From NCBI RefSeq assembly GCF_009914755.1, contig NC_060947.1: a stretch of DNA of 64,000 bases; one strand, given 5' to 3'. Each line of letters starts with the position of its first letter. The first letter of the stretch is position 1. The stretch is from the human T2T-CHM13v2.0 reference genome, Homo sapiens. Positions 61,531-64,000 of this stretch are shown here, piece after piece. The position numbers and the translations under genes were made by a program. The notes under the pieces are model-generated. The model was not told the origin of the DNA. It searched no databases and saw nothing but the letters and a program-made list of their open reading frames with translations.

Positions 61531-63374
61531 TTCTTGTTCATTGTCTTTTTATTTTTCTTGCTCTTGTTATCTTCTAGTGGGAAAGGCAGACTCAGATACC
61601 TATAATGAAAATTGTAGTGCAGCAAATGCTAATTGTGGTGCAAATCAATACTGGGAAGGTAGCAGAACTATTCATTCTCATTAGCGTCATAGATGTTTTC
61701 ATGGAGATGGTGGCGTTGCCTAGGTCTTTGAAGCATGAGAAGGAAGAGAGGGGAAATAAGGAAAATTTGTGCAAAGTCATGGATAGTGGAAGTAAGGTCC
61801 ACAGTTTAGAACTAACAACAGAAGACTGGTATGTTCGGCCACTGGAATTTGATTTGAAGAATAGTTTGACCCTTATGAACTTTGGACTAAGAAGTTTGGG
61901 ACATTCTTAATAAATGGACAGCCATTTCTCTTTTGTGAGAAGGGCAGTCACTATACAATGTGTGTTTATTAGAGAGATAACATTGAAGGCATTATACAAA
62001 ACAAAATTGAGAAGCTGACAATCTGGGCAGTTTCAAAATATAGCTGGTATTTAAGACAGGTCATAAAAAATAAACTTATTGACTTTCAAATCTGACCTGA
62101 CATTAGTACAAAGACATTCTTAACAAAAAAGAGACTATGTCTTCCCTTATCACCTTGTGTGTTCTCAAGACTTGAAGAATTTTAAAATAAATCTGGATAA
62201 TATTGCCAACCCTAGTTAAGACAACAAATGAATTGAAGGTCTCTTAATTTCGGTATCTAGCATAATCATAGAAATGGTATCCTCCGGTAAGAAAAAGCCT
62301 TGGCGGAGGTGGGGGGGCTTTGAAAAATTACTGATGTTTATGTCCCACCCAAGTCTAATTACATCAGAATCTCTAGGTGTGAAAACCACTGATCTCTCTT
62401 AGGTGCTTTGTACAAATTTCGATATTTAATAGGTGGTGACTTATGATTCTGATACAAGGTGTTGCTCAAAGATTATCCAACTGTTTTATGTCTTCACTTC
62501 CCTCCCCTCCATGCATGCTTCGTGGAGAAGTGATTTGTAAAGGAAAAGCTCACAATTCCAATGTCTCCCCTCATGGCATTCTTTTCTTTTCCTTGATGAT
62601 AAGAGATCACCAAAAGCAGAGGAATATCAGCTTAATGTATTGCTTCTAAAATATTCTACCAAAGTACCAACTGTGGCCAAAAAAATATTCTGCTCTCAGA
62701 GAACTAGAGCACATATTATTTTTTGAATTAAAACTTTTGTGAATACTACATTCACACAATATATTTATATTAGCTTAATTTAAAATAATATTATAAATTA
62801 AATTCCATGAAGTCAAATTAACATACTAGAAAAATATACCATGGTTTTCCTGTGGTTTTCCATATCCCTTTGTACTCTGCCCGAATATCTTTGAGAATAC
62901 ATATATAGCAGTTTAAGAAGCATGACTGTCAGAGGGAAGGTTTAATTTAAAATTATCAGACTTGAGATATACACAGTTCTACTGTTAATTAGTTAAGTGG
63001 CCTTAGTAAATAACTTGACCTCTGTGGTTGTTTGCACACACACCCACACACGTGTTAAATTAGATTTGGGAGTCTTTTTATACTAAAAACATTCAAGATG
63101 GAAATTTTGTATGGTCTTATAAAAGGCTGGAAGTTGGAGACCTGTATAGCCACTAAAAAGTTGAAACTAAGGAAAATCCCTGAATGAGAGTTGTGTGTGT
63201 GTGTCTGTGTGTCTTTTGTTTATTAATTCTTTGGGAATCCATCATGGAGTTATAAATTTACTCAAAGTTCAGATAGCTTATGTTTCTTCTCTAAGATCAA
63301 TATTAAAACTTACATCTTTCTTTATTTGCTGGTTAGTTCCTTCTTGGAAAGGATGTAGTGAAAAATTTCCCTAC

Positions 63375-63772
63375 ATTGGTTTTCAGTTATCCATTGCTGC
63401 ATAACAAACCATCCCAAAATAAGGTGGCTTTGAACAGCAATGACTTATTACTCCTCACAATTCTGTGGGTTGGCTGTTGTTCTCACCTGAGCTGACAGCA
63501 GTCAACTGGTGGCTATGCTTGGATAGCTGGGCCTCTGTCTTCACATAGTCTTTCATGGCAGCTTCTCCATAGCAGGGTCTCGGGCTTCCAGGAGGGCAAA
63601 CCCCAATGCACAACCACGTATCAAACCTCTGCTAGAATCATATCTGCTGGTGTTCTATTGGCCAAATCAAGGCACATGGGCAAATCCAGAGTCTATATGG
63701 AAGAGTATTACATAGGGCAAGACTTCTGCAAGATGTGATTCATTGCAGGCCATTATTTAACCATCCACCACA
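63375..63772 (-). mobile_element. MLT1 (G/H-like) LTR
   Basis: tcagttatccattgctgcataacaaaccatcccaaa...tattggccaaatcaaggcacatggg...atccaccaca. Confidence 0.75.
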
Positions 63773-64000
63773 ACCTCTTGTCCGTTTGATAAAGGTAATA
63801 GATGACACTGTATAATTTGAGAAATGCTATGAAGACATCCTCTTTCATATATTCCCAGAAAAACTGCAATTAGAGTTTCGTTCCATTGGATTAAGGTGAT
63901 GGTTCTCTACTGAAGTTCATTTCAGAGCTAGTCTGGTATTTTCTCAAAAGAAAAATAGATGTCTGGCTCCCTATGCAGAACAACCAAACCAAATCACTCC

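Overview
Primate (most likely human or great ape) genomic DNA: AT-rich, CpG-poor and dominated by repeats, consistent with an intergenic or deep intronic region. I recognise no protein-coding exon of a host gene, no tRNA or rRNA, and no CRISPR array. There are two long LINE-1 copies on the + strand: an L1PA7-like copy (1-5450, 5' end outside the window) and an L1PA4-6-like copy (~22030-27083). The window also holds three Alus, solo LTRs (THE1, MST, MLT1, MER21, LTR16), DNA-transposon relics (MER2, MER5, MER33, MER58, MER96-like) and many old L1M/L2/MIR fragments. The best finding is that the second L1 was retrotransposed from a SPLICED mRNA. Its first ~99 nt are joined exactly at the 5'UTR splice donor to the ORF1-internal acceptor (junction 22128/22129), which is a SpIRE 97/976-type element lacking most of the promoter and the ORF1 start codon. 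This class is published, so it is rare rather than new. Other observations: a fold-back repair scar in the same L1, a 1.1-kb AT-rich compound minisatellite with long open frames in all three + frames, a 108-bp tandem duplication, a twin-primed mini-L1 with TSD, an inverted L1M 5'UTR, a MIR piece captured inside a younger LTR, and a few weak non-coding exon candidates. Subfamily names come from remembered consensus sequences and need RepeatMasker/Dfam confirmation.
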